Origin: an uncultured Planctomycetota bacterium
GTDB taxonomy: Bacteria; Planctomycetota; Planctomycetia; Pirellulales; Lacipirellulaceae
Length of the DNA: 64,000 nt
Direction: 5' to 3'
NCBI GenBank assembly: GCA_963719315.1
Contig: CAVRBU010000002.1
Location: forward strand, 768,001-832,000
The notes under the pieces are model-generated. The model saw nothing but the letters and a program-made list of their open reading frames with translations, made no database searches and was not told the DNA's origin. This document shows, piece after piece, positions 44,675 to 54,765 of this stretch (the first letter of the stretch is position 1; every line of letters starts with the position of its first letter). The position numbers were made by a program, and so were the translations under genes.

Positions 44675-47600
44675 CATTCATCCGGCCGAGGGCCACCCGG
44701 ACAGTGCGGCCGAGCGCGTGGCGAGCGCGGCGCGCGAGTTGGGATTGGCGAGCAATTTGCGTGCGGCCACTGCGCGGGCGTATTTAATTCAGGGGAAATC
44801 GCTGGATTGTGCGTCAATTGAGAAACTGGCGAACGCGCTATTGACCGATTCCGTGGTCGAGCGAGCCGTGATCGGGCGAGCGGGAGAGCCTCAATTGGAT
44901 GATTGCGGATTGCGGATCGCGGATTGCGGATCGCAATCGGCTGGATCTCAATCCGGAATTCGAAATCCGAAATCCGAGATTCACTCTGTTACGGTGCTTC
45001 TAAAACCCGGTGTCATGGACCCCGTGGCGCAAAGTGCTCTTGCCGCGGCGGCTGATCTGGGGGTTCGGCCCGATGCGATTGCAACCGTCCGCAAGTATTG
45101 GCTGAGCGGCGCGAGTTCGTCGGAAATCAAATCCGTCGGCGAGCGGATGTTGGCCAACGATGCGATCGAACAGGTGGTTTTTGGGCCGCTCGCGCTGGAG
45201 CGGCTCGAGTTGGGACGACCTTATCGCTTTGAACTTCGGACGACGGCCATTCGTGAGCTGGATGACGAATCGCTGATGCGATTGAGTCGCGACGGCCAGC
45301 TCTATTTGCAACTGGCCGAGATGCAGACGATCCGGCAACACTTTCGCGACTTGGGCCGCGAGCCCACGGACGTGGAGTTGGAAACAATCGCTCAGACGTG
45401 GAGCGAACATTGCAGCCACAAAACACTCGCCGGTCGGATTGCGTATTGCGACGAGAACGGAGAACGCCTATTCGAGAACATGCTGAAGGAAACGATCTTT
45501 GCGGCCACGACCACGATTCGCGAGCGGCTCGGCGCGGACGATTGGTGCGTGAGCGTGTTCGAAGACAACGCCGGCATCGTGCGATTCGACGATGAGTTCA
45601 ACGTGGCGTTCAAAGTGGAAACGCACAATCACCCCTCGGCGTTGGAACCGTATGGCGGGGCGAACACGGGTGTCGGCGGGGTGATTCGCGACATCATGGG
45701 CACGGGGTTGGGGGCAAAGCCGATTTGCAGCACGGATGTGTTTTGTTTTGCGCCGCCGAATGTCGAGACAAGGAGACAAGGGGACAAGGAGACAAGGAGC
45801 GTATTGCCGCCGGGCGTGTTGCATCCGCGGCGGGTGATGCGCGGGGTAGTTGAGGGGGTTCGCGACTATGGGAATCGGATGGGGATCCCGACCATCAACG
45901 GGGCCGTGTATTTCGATGAGCGGTATCTGGGAAATCCGCTCGTTTATTGCGGAAATGTGGGGCTCATTCGTCAGGACAAGTCATATAAGGAAACGCTGCC
46001 GGGTGATCTGATTGTCGCCGTGGGCGGCCGCACGGGGCGCGATGGGATTCACGGTGCGACGTTTTCCAGCGCGGAGTTGACGAGCCAAAGTGAGCACGTT
46101 TCCGGTGGCGCCGTACAGATTGGCAATGCAATCGAAGAAAAGAAAGTGCTCGACGTGCTGCTCGTGGCGCGTGATCGTGGGCTGTTCAACGCGGTGACCG
46201 ATTGCGGCGCCGGCGGGTTCAGCAGCGCGGTTGGCGAAATGGGCGAGAAAATCGGGGCGGAAGTGCATCTCGATCGGTGTCCGCTCAAGTACGAGGGGCT
46301 AACGTATACCGAAATTTGGATATCCGAGGCGCAGGAGCGAATGGTGCTGGCCGTGCCGGAGAATTGGTGGCCGGAGCTCGCTGAGTTGTGCCGGTCGGAA
46401 GGCGTCGAGGCGACGGTCATTGGCCGGTTCGTGCCCAGCGGGCGGTTGCATTTGTATTACGACGGGAACTGCGTTGCCGATCTGGAGATGCGATTCTTGC
46501 ACAAAGGACGGCCGGCGGTAGTGCGCCAGGCAGTGTATGAGGGTCCAGGGTCGAGGGTCGAGGGCCGAGGGCCAGAAGACGAATCGCGGCATGAGAAACC
46601 GGAGTCGTACAACGATGATCTGCTGAAGATTTTGGCGTCGCCCAACGTGGCCAGCAAGGAATGGATCGTGCGGCAGTACGATCATGAAGTGCAAGGCGGA
46701 ATCGCGGTGAAGCCATACGTGGGCGTGGCGAATGATGGGCCGAGCGATGCGGCGGTACTGCGGCCCGTGCTTACTTCGCGGCGGGGGATCGTCATCGCGT
46801 GCGGTATGAATCCGCGCTACGGTGATTTCGACCCGTATCACATGGCGGCGAGCGCGATTGACGAGGCGATTCGCAATTGCGTGGCAGTCGGGGCCGACCC
46901 GGCGCGGATTGCTATCCTCGACAATTTTTGCTGGGGCGACTGCGAGCGGCCGGAGACGCTGGGCGGACTGGTTCGTGCGGCCCTAGCCTGCCACGATGTT
47001 TCGATCGCGCTTGGCACGCCCTTCATCAGCGGCAAGGATAGCCTCAACAATGAATTCAGTTACCACGACGCCGACGGCCAACGGCGAACGATCGCGATTC
47101 CGCCGTCACTGCTGATTAGTGCGATTGGCCAGGTCAACGATGTTTCGCGATGCGTGACGATGGATTTCAAGCAGGCGGGCAATCTCATTTATCTTGTTGG
47201 CGAGACGCGAAACGAGTTGGGCGGGTCGCATTTCGCATTGGTGAACGATTGGCACGGTGGACGAGTGCCGACGGTCGATCCGGCTGCCGCTCGGAAGACG
47301 TTTGCAGCGATGCACCGCGCAATTCAAACTGGCTTGGTGCGAGCTTGCCACGATCTGAGTGAGGGCGGGTTGGCTGTGGCGGTAGCGGAGATGTCGTTTG
47401 CGGGCGGGTTGGGGGCGCGCGTTAATGTTGCCGGAATGAAGGTCCGTGATGAAGCGGTGGACGACGTTGGAAGGTTGTTCAGCGAATCCAATACGCGATT
47501 TATTTGCGAGGTGGAATCGGACAGCGCATCGGTTTTCGAACGCGCGCTCGCCGGCATCGCGCTTGCGAACATCGGTCAAGTGACGAGCGACAAGCGCCTG

Positions 47601-47684
47601 GCGATCAACAACGGCGAAACAAAGTTGGTTGATGCGGATATTTTCGAGCTTAAGGAGGCCTGGCAGGCGCCGCTGCGATGGTAG
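44658..47684 (+). CDS. purL: phosphoribosylformylglycinamidine synthase subunit PurL (with N-terminal PurS-like domains)
   Basis: QTWSEHCSHK, KVETHNHPS, GRDGIHGATFSS, SEAQERM, HDLSEGGL. Confidence 0.95.
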   Translation: MLWEIDIHPAEGHPDSAAERVASAARELGLASNLRAATARAYLIQGKSLDCASIEKLANALLTDSVVERAVIGRAGEPQLDDCGLRIADCGSQSAGSQSGIRNPKSEIHSVTVLLKPGVMDPVAQSALAAAADLGVRPDAIATVRKYWLSGASSSEIKSVGERMLANDAIEQVVFGPLALERLELGRPYRFELRTTAIRELDDESLMRLSRDGQLYLQLAEMQTIRQHFRDLGREPTDVELETIAQTWSEHCSHKTLAGRIAYCDENGERLFENMLKETIFAATTTIRERLGADDWCVSVFEDNAGIVRFDDEFNVAFKVETHNHPSALEPYGGANTGVGGVIRDIMGTGLGAKPICSTDVFCFAPPNVETRRQGDKETRSVLPPGVLHPRRVMRGVVEGVRDYGNRMGIPTINGAVYFDERYLGNPLVYCGNVGLIRQDKSYKETLPGDLIVAVGGRTGRDGIHGATFSSAELTSQSEHVSGGAVQIGNAIEEKKVLDVLLVARDRGLFNAVTDCGAGGFSSAVGEMGEKIGAEVHLDRCPLKYEGLTYTEIWISEAQERMVLAVPENWWPELAELCRSEGVEATVIGRFVPSGRLHLYYDGNCVADLEMRFLHKGRPAVVRQAVYEGPGSRVEGRGPEDESRHEKPESYNDDLLKILASPNVASKEWIVRQYDHEVQGGIAVKPYVGVANDGPSDAAVLRPVLTSRRGIVIACGMNPRYGDFDPYHMAASAIDEAIRNCVAVGADPARIAILDNFCWGDCERPETLGGLVRAALACHDVSIALGTPFISGKDSLNNEFSYHDADGQRRTIAIPPSLLISAIGQVNDVSRCVTMDFKQAGNLIYLVGETRNELGGSHFALVNDWHGGRVPTVDPAAARKTFAAMHRAIQTGLVRACHDLSEGGLAVAVAEMSFAGGLGARVNVAGMKVRDEAVDDVGRLFSESNTRFICEVESDSASVFERALAGIALANIGQVTSDKRLAINNGETKLVDADIFELKEAWQAPLRW

Positions 47685-47755
47685 AGGAGATGTGCGGGGG
47701 TCGTGCTTGAGAGAGTAGATTCGGCGTTGCCGCCGACGCTAAGTGAATTATTTCT

Positions 47756-48570
47756 ATGACGAATCCGCGGGTTTTGATAGTGCGAGCGCCGGGGACAAAT
47801 TGCGATGGTGAAACTGCGCACGCGTTTGAGCTTGCTGGCGGAGTGGCGGAACAGTGGCATGTGAATCGAGTGTTGGAACAGCCCGGACGCGTGGCGGAGT
47901 TTCAGGTGCTCTGCATTCCGGGCGGGTTCAGCTACGGCGATGATATCGCGGCCGGTCGGATTCTCGGCAATCAGATTCAACATCATTTGGCGGAAACGCT
48001 GGCTGAATTTCGCGAAGCGGGCAAGTTGATCATTGGAATCTGTAACGGCTTCCAGGTACTGCTCAAAACCAACCTGTTGGCGGCGGCCGATGCGGCGGGG
48101 CCAGCGGCGACGCTTACGCTGAACGACTCGGGGCGATTCGAAGCGAGGTGGGTGCGGCTGGCGATTGAGCCGGAGAAGTGCATATTTCTGCAGGGAATTA
48201 GCGAGATGGAGCTGCCGGTAGCACATGGCGAGGGGAAGTTCGTGACACGCGATGCGGCAGTGTTCGAGAGCATGTCCGCGGCGGGGAGATTGGTGATGAA
48301 ATACGAGTCGATTGCGGAATCGTCGAACCAATCCGAGGTCCGAAATCCGAAATCCGAAATCTCCCCTTCCGTCCCCTACCCTGCCAACCCGAACGGCGCG
48401 ATGGGCGATGTGGCTGGAATTTGTGACGAGACCGGGCGGGTGTTCGGGTTGATGCCGCATCCGGAGCGGTTTGTGGATTGGACGCAGCATCCGCGCTGGA
48501 CGCGCGAGCCGCGCGCGAAGCGGGCGACGGCTTGCGGGTGTTTCAAAACGCGATCCGATACTTCAGATAG
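47756..48570 (+). CDS. purQ: FGAM synthase glutaminase subunit (frameshift ~48515)
   Basis: PGTNCD, PGGFSYGD, GICNGFQ, AHGEG, GLMPHPER; C-terminal GDGLRVFQNAIRYFR* in a second frame. Confidence 0.9.
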
Positions 48571-48594
48571 ACGCGCGCGGCTGGCGGGGGGACT

Positions 48595-50157
48595 TCAGAT
48601 AGACGCGCGCGGCTGGCGCGGGGGATTGAAGTTCTTGGGAGCCGCCGGGCGATCTTCTTCTTCCGGATCGTCCACGGAGATTTTTTCGCCGAGCCGCCAG
48701 CCGAGTCGGCCCAAAAGGCGGGCGTAAACAAGAATGCAGCCGAGAATGAGCGGGGCTGCGGCCAGCGGCAGGTACACATTCACTTGCCACGTAAAGAAAA
48801 CGAGAACTGCGCAGAGCGCGAGCAGGCAAGCGGACTGAAAATAGAAAAGCAGCATCGAGAATGGACAACGCACCATTGCGCCGAACACGCCGAGGTCGAT
48901 GAGTTCCCAAGTGGAGCTGCCGGCCTGTTGCGAGAGGACGACGAGGGGCAGCAGGAGCACCAACGATCCGCCGGTTAGCGCGGCCGTTTGCCAGAGTTCG
49001 TTCGAGAGCAGCTGGGCGAGCATCCAGCCAGGAGCGGCCGAGAACGTGATCGCCACGCCCAGCGGGAGCATTTCACTCATCGAATTGACGAAATTCAACG
49101 ACGGCCAGTCGTCGATGCGATCGGCGCCGACGGCACTTTCCGCGACGATGGCAATGACGATGCTCGAAATTGACGCGAACCAAATGATGGCGACGACGCC
49201 GGCGACCAAAGTTTCGGCAAGTCCGGCGAACGCGACCTGCGCCGTGTCGGCGCCGCCGTTCCAATTCGCCCAGTGGGGAACGCCATCAAGCAGCAATCCG
49301 CTCCACAGGGCGAGGCCAATCGTCAGCACCACCCACCGCGACGGGCAGCCCGACGAAAACGGAAAGGACAGGATGCCCGTCAACAGCGGGAAGCGAGTGA
49401 GGACGGGCCGGCCGCGCTCGTCGTATTTCATCGGCCGGCCGGTGCGTTTGGATTCTTCCATAGCGCGCTGCAGCTCGGCTTCGCGCTCTTGCTCGGCGAT
49501 GGACAAGCCCACCGTGTGCGGAATGATCGAGGGCCGATTGGAAACCACGGAAGCCATATCGAGTCGCGGGGTCAGCGAATCGGGTGCGACTACCGACGGT
49601 CTCACGACTTGTTTGGGAGGCGATGGAACAATGTGCTTCGTGCCGCAATCGGGGCAAGCGATTTGCGAACCGACTTGGGCCTCGGAGGCATACATCAATG
49701 TGGCGCAACTACGGCAGGTGACGCCGATGAGCTTGGGTTGCGCCGCGATCAGTTCGCTCGGCAGCGGTTGATCGTCGGGATCCCATAGTTCGTACTGCTC
49801 GCCGTCGAGAGCGGCCGGCATGTTTTTCGGCTTCGGTTTCGGCGGTTCGGGGATGACGGTCCCCGCGCCGCAGTCCGGGCACTTAACCTTTTTGCCGACC
49901 TGGTCGGCGCGGCCATGCAGCCGAGTGCCGCAAACGCGGCATTCGACGGCGATGTATTTTGGCGTTTCGGCCTTTGGTTTCGTGCTTACAGCGGATGGCG
50001 GAGGCGCCGGTGGCGCGGTATTCGGCGGCGCAGGGACCCTGAATGCGATGCCACAGGCGGCGCAGCGGCCGCGGCGGCCGGCCAGCGATGCCGCAACCGC
50101 AAATCGGGCCTTGCAGTGGGGGCACGTTATGACGTGGGTTGAATCGGCGGCGGCCAT
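48595..50157 (-). CDS. multi zinc-ribbon membrane protein
   Basis: Three CxxC...CxxC modules then several TM helices. Confidence 0.75.
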   Translation of the reverse strand: MAAADSTHVITCPHCKARFAVAASLAGRRGRCAACGIAFRVPAPPNTAPPAPPPSAVSTKPKAETPKYIAVECRVCGTRLHGRADQVGKKVKCPDCGAGTVIPEPPKPKPKNMPAALDGEQYELWDPDDQPLPSELIAAQPKLIGVTCRSCATLMYASEAQVGSQIACPDCGTKHIVPSPPKQVVRPSVVAPDSLTPRLDMASVVSNRPSIIPHTVGLSIAEQEREAELQRAMEESKRTGRPMKYDERGRPVLTRFPLLTGILSFPFSSGCPSRWVVLTIGLALWSGLLLDGVPHWANWNGGADTAQVAFAGLAETLVAGVVAIIWFASISSIVIAIVAESAVGADRIDDWPSLNFVNSMSEMLPLGVAITFSAAPGWMLAQLLSNELWQTAALTGGSLVLLLPLVVLSQQAGSSTWELIDLGVFGAMVRCPFSMLLFYFQSACLLALCAVLVFFTWQVNVYLPLAAAPLILGCILVYARLLGRLGWRLGEKISVDDPEEEDRPAAPKNFNPPRQPRASI

Positions 50158-50245
50158 CGAAGTGAATTCGAATTCCTGGTAAAACAGAAGTTGGAGACGT
50201 CAGTATACATCCGCGCAGCGACGGGGTGATAACGGCGGTCGCAAA

Positions 50246-51265
50246 ATGTGGCAAGGAATCATCGGGCACGACGACGTAGTGGAGCGGTTCCGCCGGACGC
50301 TGGCGTCGGGGCGGCTGGCAAGCACGTATTTATTCGTGGGGCCGCCGGGCGTCGGGAAGCGGCGATTTGCGCTGGAATTGGCACATTCGCTGCTGTGCAC
50401 CGAGTCGGAGGAAACCAATTTGCAGCCGTGCGGCCGGTGTGAATCTTGTCACATGTTTGCAACGGGCAATCATCCGGATTTGGATGTCGTTGGGTTGCCG
50501 GCCGACAAGGCGACGCTGCCGATCGAGTTCTTCATAGGCGACAAGGATCATCGTAACCAGGAAGGATTGTGCCACCGACTGGGCATGCGGCCGTTTTTTG
50601 GGCGACGGAAAGTGGCGATCGTAGATGATGCCGATCACTTCAGTATCCCCAGTGCGAATTGCCTGCTGAAGACATTGGAGGAACCTCCGCAAAGCGCACT
50701 ATTGATATTGATCGGCACCAGCCCAAGCCGGCAGTTGCCGACGATTCGGTCTCGATCGCAGGTGGTGCGGTTCCGACCGCTGGATGTCGAGACGGTTGCG
50801 CAATTGCTATTGGAGAGCGGGACAACGGCGGACCACGATTTCGCGCGGCGCATGGCCGGACTCAGCGATGGCAGCGTGGAGCGGGCCCGGCAGTTGGCCG
50901 ACCCGGCATTGTGGAGCTTTCGCGACCAGTTGCAGATCGCGTTGGCGGCGGATCGGCTCGACGGTGTGCGATTGGCCCGGGCCGTTCAGGCGTTTGTAGA
51001 TGAAGTGGGCAAGGAGGCCGCCCATAAGCGCACACGATTGCGCACGATTATCGATTTCGCGGTTGAGTATTATCGCTCGCGAATGATGGGGGAGCCGGCA
51101 GTCGCAGACCGGACTACGGCGGCTTTGGACTCCAGTTTGGCCGCTTTGGAACACATTGATCGCAATGCCAACCTGGGACTGGTGATTCAATGGTGGTGTG
51201 AATCGTTGTCGAAATCAGCGAGTGGCGGGGCCGGCAGAGCCGCGACGCTGATGGCCCGTGTGTAG
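50246..51265 (+). CDS. holB: DNA polymerase III delta' subunit
   Basis: YLFVGPPGVGK, PCGRCESC, HPD, ANCLLKTLEEPP, LPTIRSR. Confidence 0.9.
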   Translation: MWQGIIGHDDVVERFRRTLASGRLASTYLFVGPPGVGKRRFALELAHSLLCTESEETNLQPCGRCESCHMFATGNHPDLDVVGLPADKATLPIEFFIGDKDHRNQEGLCHRLGMRPFFGRRKVAIVDDADHFSIPSANCLLKTLEEPPQSALLILIGTSPSRQLPTIRSRSQVVRFRPLDVETVAQLLLESGTTADHDFARRMAGLSDGSVERARQLADPALWSFRDQLQIALAADRLDGVRLARAVQAFVDEVGKEAAHKRTRLRTIIDFAVEYYRSRMMGEPAVADRTTAALDSSLAALEHIDRNANLGLVIQWWCESLSKSASGGAGRAATLMARV

Positions 51266-51514
51266 CAGGCACGCGGAGCGGACCTCCTTCAATGGAAGAA
51301 AAATGGCGGTAGTCGGCAGCCCTATGGGTGTGCTACAGTTGTCTATCCACTCGCTCTGGGTCGGCGTCATGGTTCGCTAAAATGGCCCGTTCCAACGAGT
51401 TGCGGCGGAGGAAAAGAGGCCGTCGCGGCGCGAGTTTCTGCCCCATTGGGAACTTCATTTTCGCGCCGTGAATTCTGTCATCATAGCGTTTCGTTTTTGG
51501 AGGTCGGTCGCATC

Positions 51515-54001
51515 GTGAAGCGTTTTCTTATTCAGGCTAGCGCCGCGGCGCTCATGGTTTTGGTGGGAGTTTCCTCCGCGGCGGCGAGCGAGACGGACCT
51601 CGTCCTTCCCGATTTAAGCCAAGTCTACTTCTTGGGCATGAGTGGCCGCGCACTATTGATGATTGGGCTCGTTGTGTCTTTTGTCGGGGCCGCGTTTGGG
51701 CTGATGACGTTCGTGAAGCTGCGCAACTTGCCCGTGCATCGCTCAATGCGCGATGTCTCGGAATTAATTTACGAAACGTGCAAAACGTATCTCATCACGC
51801 AGGGCAAGTTTATCTTGCTGCTCGAGTTGTTCATCGGGGCGGTGATGGTGATTTATTTCGGCTGGCTGCGGCAACTCGCGCCCGAGCGGGTGGCGATGAT
51901 CGTGGCGTTCAGCCTGGTGGGCATTGCCGGCAGCTATGGCGTGGCGTGGTTCGGCATTCGGATCAACACGTACGCGAATTCGCGGGCAGCGTTTGCTAGC
52001 CTGGCGGGTAAGCCGTTCCCGGTGTATGCCATTCCGCTTCAGGCCGGCATCAGCATCGGCACGCTGCTGATCAGCGTGGAGCTGGCGATCATGTTGTCGA
52101 TCTTGCTGTTCGTGCCGCGCGATTATGCGGGGCCGTGCTTCATTGGGTTCGCGATTGGCGAATCGTTGGGAGCGGCTGCACTGCGAATCGCCGGCGGTAT
52201 TTTCACGAAAATCGCCGACATCGGTGCCGACTTGATGAAGATCGTCTTCAATATCGACGAGGACGATGCGCGGAACCCGGGCGTCATCGCCGATTGTACG
52301 GGCGACAACGCAGGCGACTCGGTTGGGCCGACCGCCGATGGTTTCGAAACCTACGGCGTGACGGGCGTTGCGCTGATCGTGTTCATTATGCTAGCGGTCA
52401 CGCCGCTCCATTTAGCGCCGAACGTGACCATGGCGAGCGCCACACCGGAGCAGCTCGAAGCCGCGCAGGCCGCCGCCGCGCCGCTGCAAGTCAAGCTGCT
52501 GGTGTGGATTTTCGTGATGCGGGTACTGATGATCATTACCAGCATCGTGTCTTATGTGATCAATGAACGTGCCGCCCGCGCGAAATACGAGCAGGCGGAT
52601 GACATGGATTATGAAAAACCGCTCACGTCGCTGGTCTGGTTGACGTCGATCATTTCGGTCGTAATGACCTACATCGCTTCCGTGCTGCTGATTCACGATC
52701 TGGGCGACGGCACGATCTGGTGGAAGCTGGCCACGATCATTACGTGCGGGACGCTGGCCGGGGCGATTATTCCCGAGTTAGTGAAAATCTTTACGTCGAC
52801 GAATTCGAGCCACGTGAAGGAAGTGGTGGCCTCGTCGCGCGAAGGCGGGGCATCGCTGAACATTCTGTCCGGTCTGACGGCCGGCAACTTCAGCGCGTTC
52901 TGGATGGGGCTGGTGATCGTGGGGCTGATGGGGATCGCTTACGGCGTCGCCGTTTCTGGCGGAGAGGCTGGCGTTGGTTCGCTCGGGGCGCTGATGATCG
53001 CTCCTTCGGTGTTTGCGTTCGGTCTGGTCGCGTTTGGGTTCCTCGGAATGGGGCCGGTGACGATCGCGGTCGATTCGTATGGCCCGGTGGCCGACAACGC
53101 GCAATCGATCTTCGAGCTATCTACGATCGCCACGCAGCCCAACGCACGGCGAGAAATCAAAGAGGAATTCGGCTTCGACCCGGACTTCGAAAAGGGGAAG
53201 CACCTCCTGGAAGAGAACGACGGTGCCGGCAACACGTTCAAGGCAACGGCGAAGCCCGTGCTGATCGGAACGGCGGTCGTCGGCGCGACGACGCTGATCT
53301 TCTCGATCATCATGGTGCTCACGGACGGCTTGACCAATGTGGTCGCCAAGGGAAACCTGTCGCTGTTGCATCCGCCGTTTCTGCTGGGGCTGATTACCGG
53401 CGGCGCCGTGATTTACTGGTTTACCGGCGCCTCGACGCAGGCGGTCGTGACCGGCGCGTATCGGGCCGTCGAATTCATCAAAGCCAACATCCGGCTCGAA
53501 AGCGGCGCGAAAAGCGCGTCGATTGAAGATAGTAAGCGAGTGGTCGCGATTTGCACGAAATACGCCCAACGCGGGATGTTCAATATATTTCTGGCGGTGT
53601 TTTTCATTACGCTTGCGTTTGCTTGTTTGGACGAGTTTTTCTTCATCGGCTACCTGATTTCGATTGCCATCTTCGGCTTGTACCAGGCCATCTTCATGGC
53701 CAACGCCGGCGGCGCTTGGGACAACGCCAAGAAAATCGTCGAAGTGAACCTGCGCGAAAAAGGCACGCCCTTGCACGCGGCCACCGTGGTAGGCGACACG
53801 GTCGGTGATCCGTTCAAGGACACTTCCTCCGTGGCGCTCAACCCGATCATCAAGTTCACCACGCTGTTCGGCCTGCTGGCCGTGGAGCTTGCGATCAAGA
53901 TCAACCCAAACTGGCGAATCGTGTGGGCCGCGCTGTTGTTTGCGGTGGCCGTCACGTTCGTGTGGCGGTCGTTCTACAAGATGCGGATTGCGACGGAATA
54001 G
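51515..54001 (+). CDS. hppA: membrane ion-translocating pyrophosphatase
   Basis: GGIFTKIADIGADL, EDDARNPGVIADCTGDNAGD, GGAWDNAKK, GDTVGDPFKDT; GGAGG RBS before GTG. Confidence 0.95.
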   Translation: MKRFLIQASAAALMVLVGVSSAAASETDLVLPDLSQVYFLGMSGRALLMIGLVVSFVGAAFGLMTFVKLRNLPVHRSMRDVSELIYETCKTYLITQGKFILLLELFIGAVMVIYFGWLRQLAPERVAMIVAFSLVGIAGSYGVAWFGIRINTYANSRAAFASLAGKPFPVYAIPLQAGISIGTLLISVELAIMLSILLFVPRDYAGPCFIGFAIGESLGAAALRIAGGIFTKIADIGADLMKIVFNIDEDDARNPGVIADCTGDNAGDSVGPTADGFETYGVTGVALIVFIMLAVTPLHLAPNVTMASATPEQLEAAQAAAAPLQVKLLVWIFVMRVLMIITSIVSYVINERAARAKYEQADDMDYEKPLTSLVWLTSIISVVMTYIASVLLIHDLGDGTIWWKLATIITCGTLAGAIIPELVKIFTSTNSSHVKEVVASSREGGASLNILSGLTAGNFSAFWMGLVIVGLMGIAYGVAVSGGEAGVGSLGALMIAPSVFAFGLVAFGFLGMGPVTIAVDSYGPVADNAQSIFELSTIATQPNARREIKEEFGFDPDFEKGKHLLEENDGAGNTFKATAKPVLIGTAVVGATTLIFSIIMVLTDGLTNVVAKGNLSLLHPPFLLGLITGGAVIYWFTGASTQAVVTGAYRAVEFIKANIRLESGAKSASIEDSKRVVAICTKYAQRGMFNIFLAVFFITLAFACLDEFFFIGYLISIAIFGLYQAIFMANAGGAWDNAKKIVEVNLREKGTPLHAATVVGDTVGDPFKDTSSVALNPIIKFTTLFGLLAVELAIKINPNWRIVWAALLFAVAVTFVWRSFYKMRIATE

Positions 54002-54102
54002 GTGGCGTCGCCGGCGCCGACGGCGGATTGCGTTCGGTATCCGCCGCGGTTTGCTGAGCCGCCGAGTTCCGTCAGCACTGGTAGGGTTGTGTGTGAGATT
54101 AT

Positions 54103-54765
54103 TTATTTTCTGGCCGCGGGCTGTGGTTCAACTGGAGCGACCACAGGGACAGCTAATGTGCCGTCTGCCACCTCGCCTGACGCGACGACCATTGCCTCCG
54201 GGAATAATCGCTTTGCTTCTGCGATCTGCTCTTTCGTTCCGTTCTTGATCTCTATCCGTGATGCACCCGGCTCGCCTAACAGCCGTAGCAGCCCTGGGGC
54301 TTGACCCAGAGCGGAACTGGCAGCGGCCCGATTAGAACAGCGCCATGCCTGCCTTTGCTTAATCCAATGGATCTGAGTGAACATCCAAATAAGAACGCTT
54401 ATGACGGGCACGCAGAGCAACATCGCGCGAAGAGAGAATCGCCAATCGCGAAGAGAGAATCGCCAAAGTGGGCTTAAATCCAGGCCGAAAAAATATTTCA
54501 CGACTAAGAACGGGAGCACGAGCATAGTCGCTCCCCAAGTCGCGGCCGCCACCCACAGCGCCCAAGAAGGCCACCAGTCTATGCCACCGCGGTGAGCAGT
54601 TTGCCGCCCGATAGCTTCCAGGTAGAAGGCGAGCGTCATCAACGCGACGTAAAACAAAGACAATACGCCTGCCAGGATTCGATGACGCGGCGCACGTTTC
54701 GTGTGCTGGTTCACGATTCCGCCGCCTTTACAATCAGTTCCTTGATCGTCCACACTTCGCTGCAT
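54103..54765 (-). CDS. hypothetical membrane protein with RFSLR motif
   Basis: WRFSLRDWRFSLRAMLL...APGLLRLLGEPG...AKRLFPEA; start uncertain. Confidence 0.6.
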   Translation of the reverse strand: MQRSVDDQGTDCKGGGIVNQHTKRAPRHRILAGVLSLFYVALMTLAFYLEAIGRQTAHRGGIDWWPSWALWVAAATWGATMLVLPFLVVKYFFGLDLSPLWRFSLRDWRFSLRAMLLCVPVISVLIWMFTQIHWIKQRQAWRCSNRAAASSALGQAPGLLRLLGEPGASRIEIKNGTKEQIAEAKRLFPEAMVVASGEVADGTLAVPVVAPVEPQPAARK

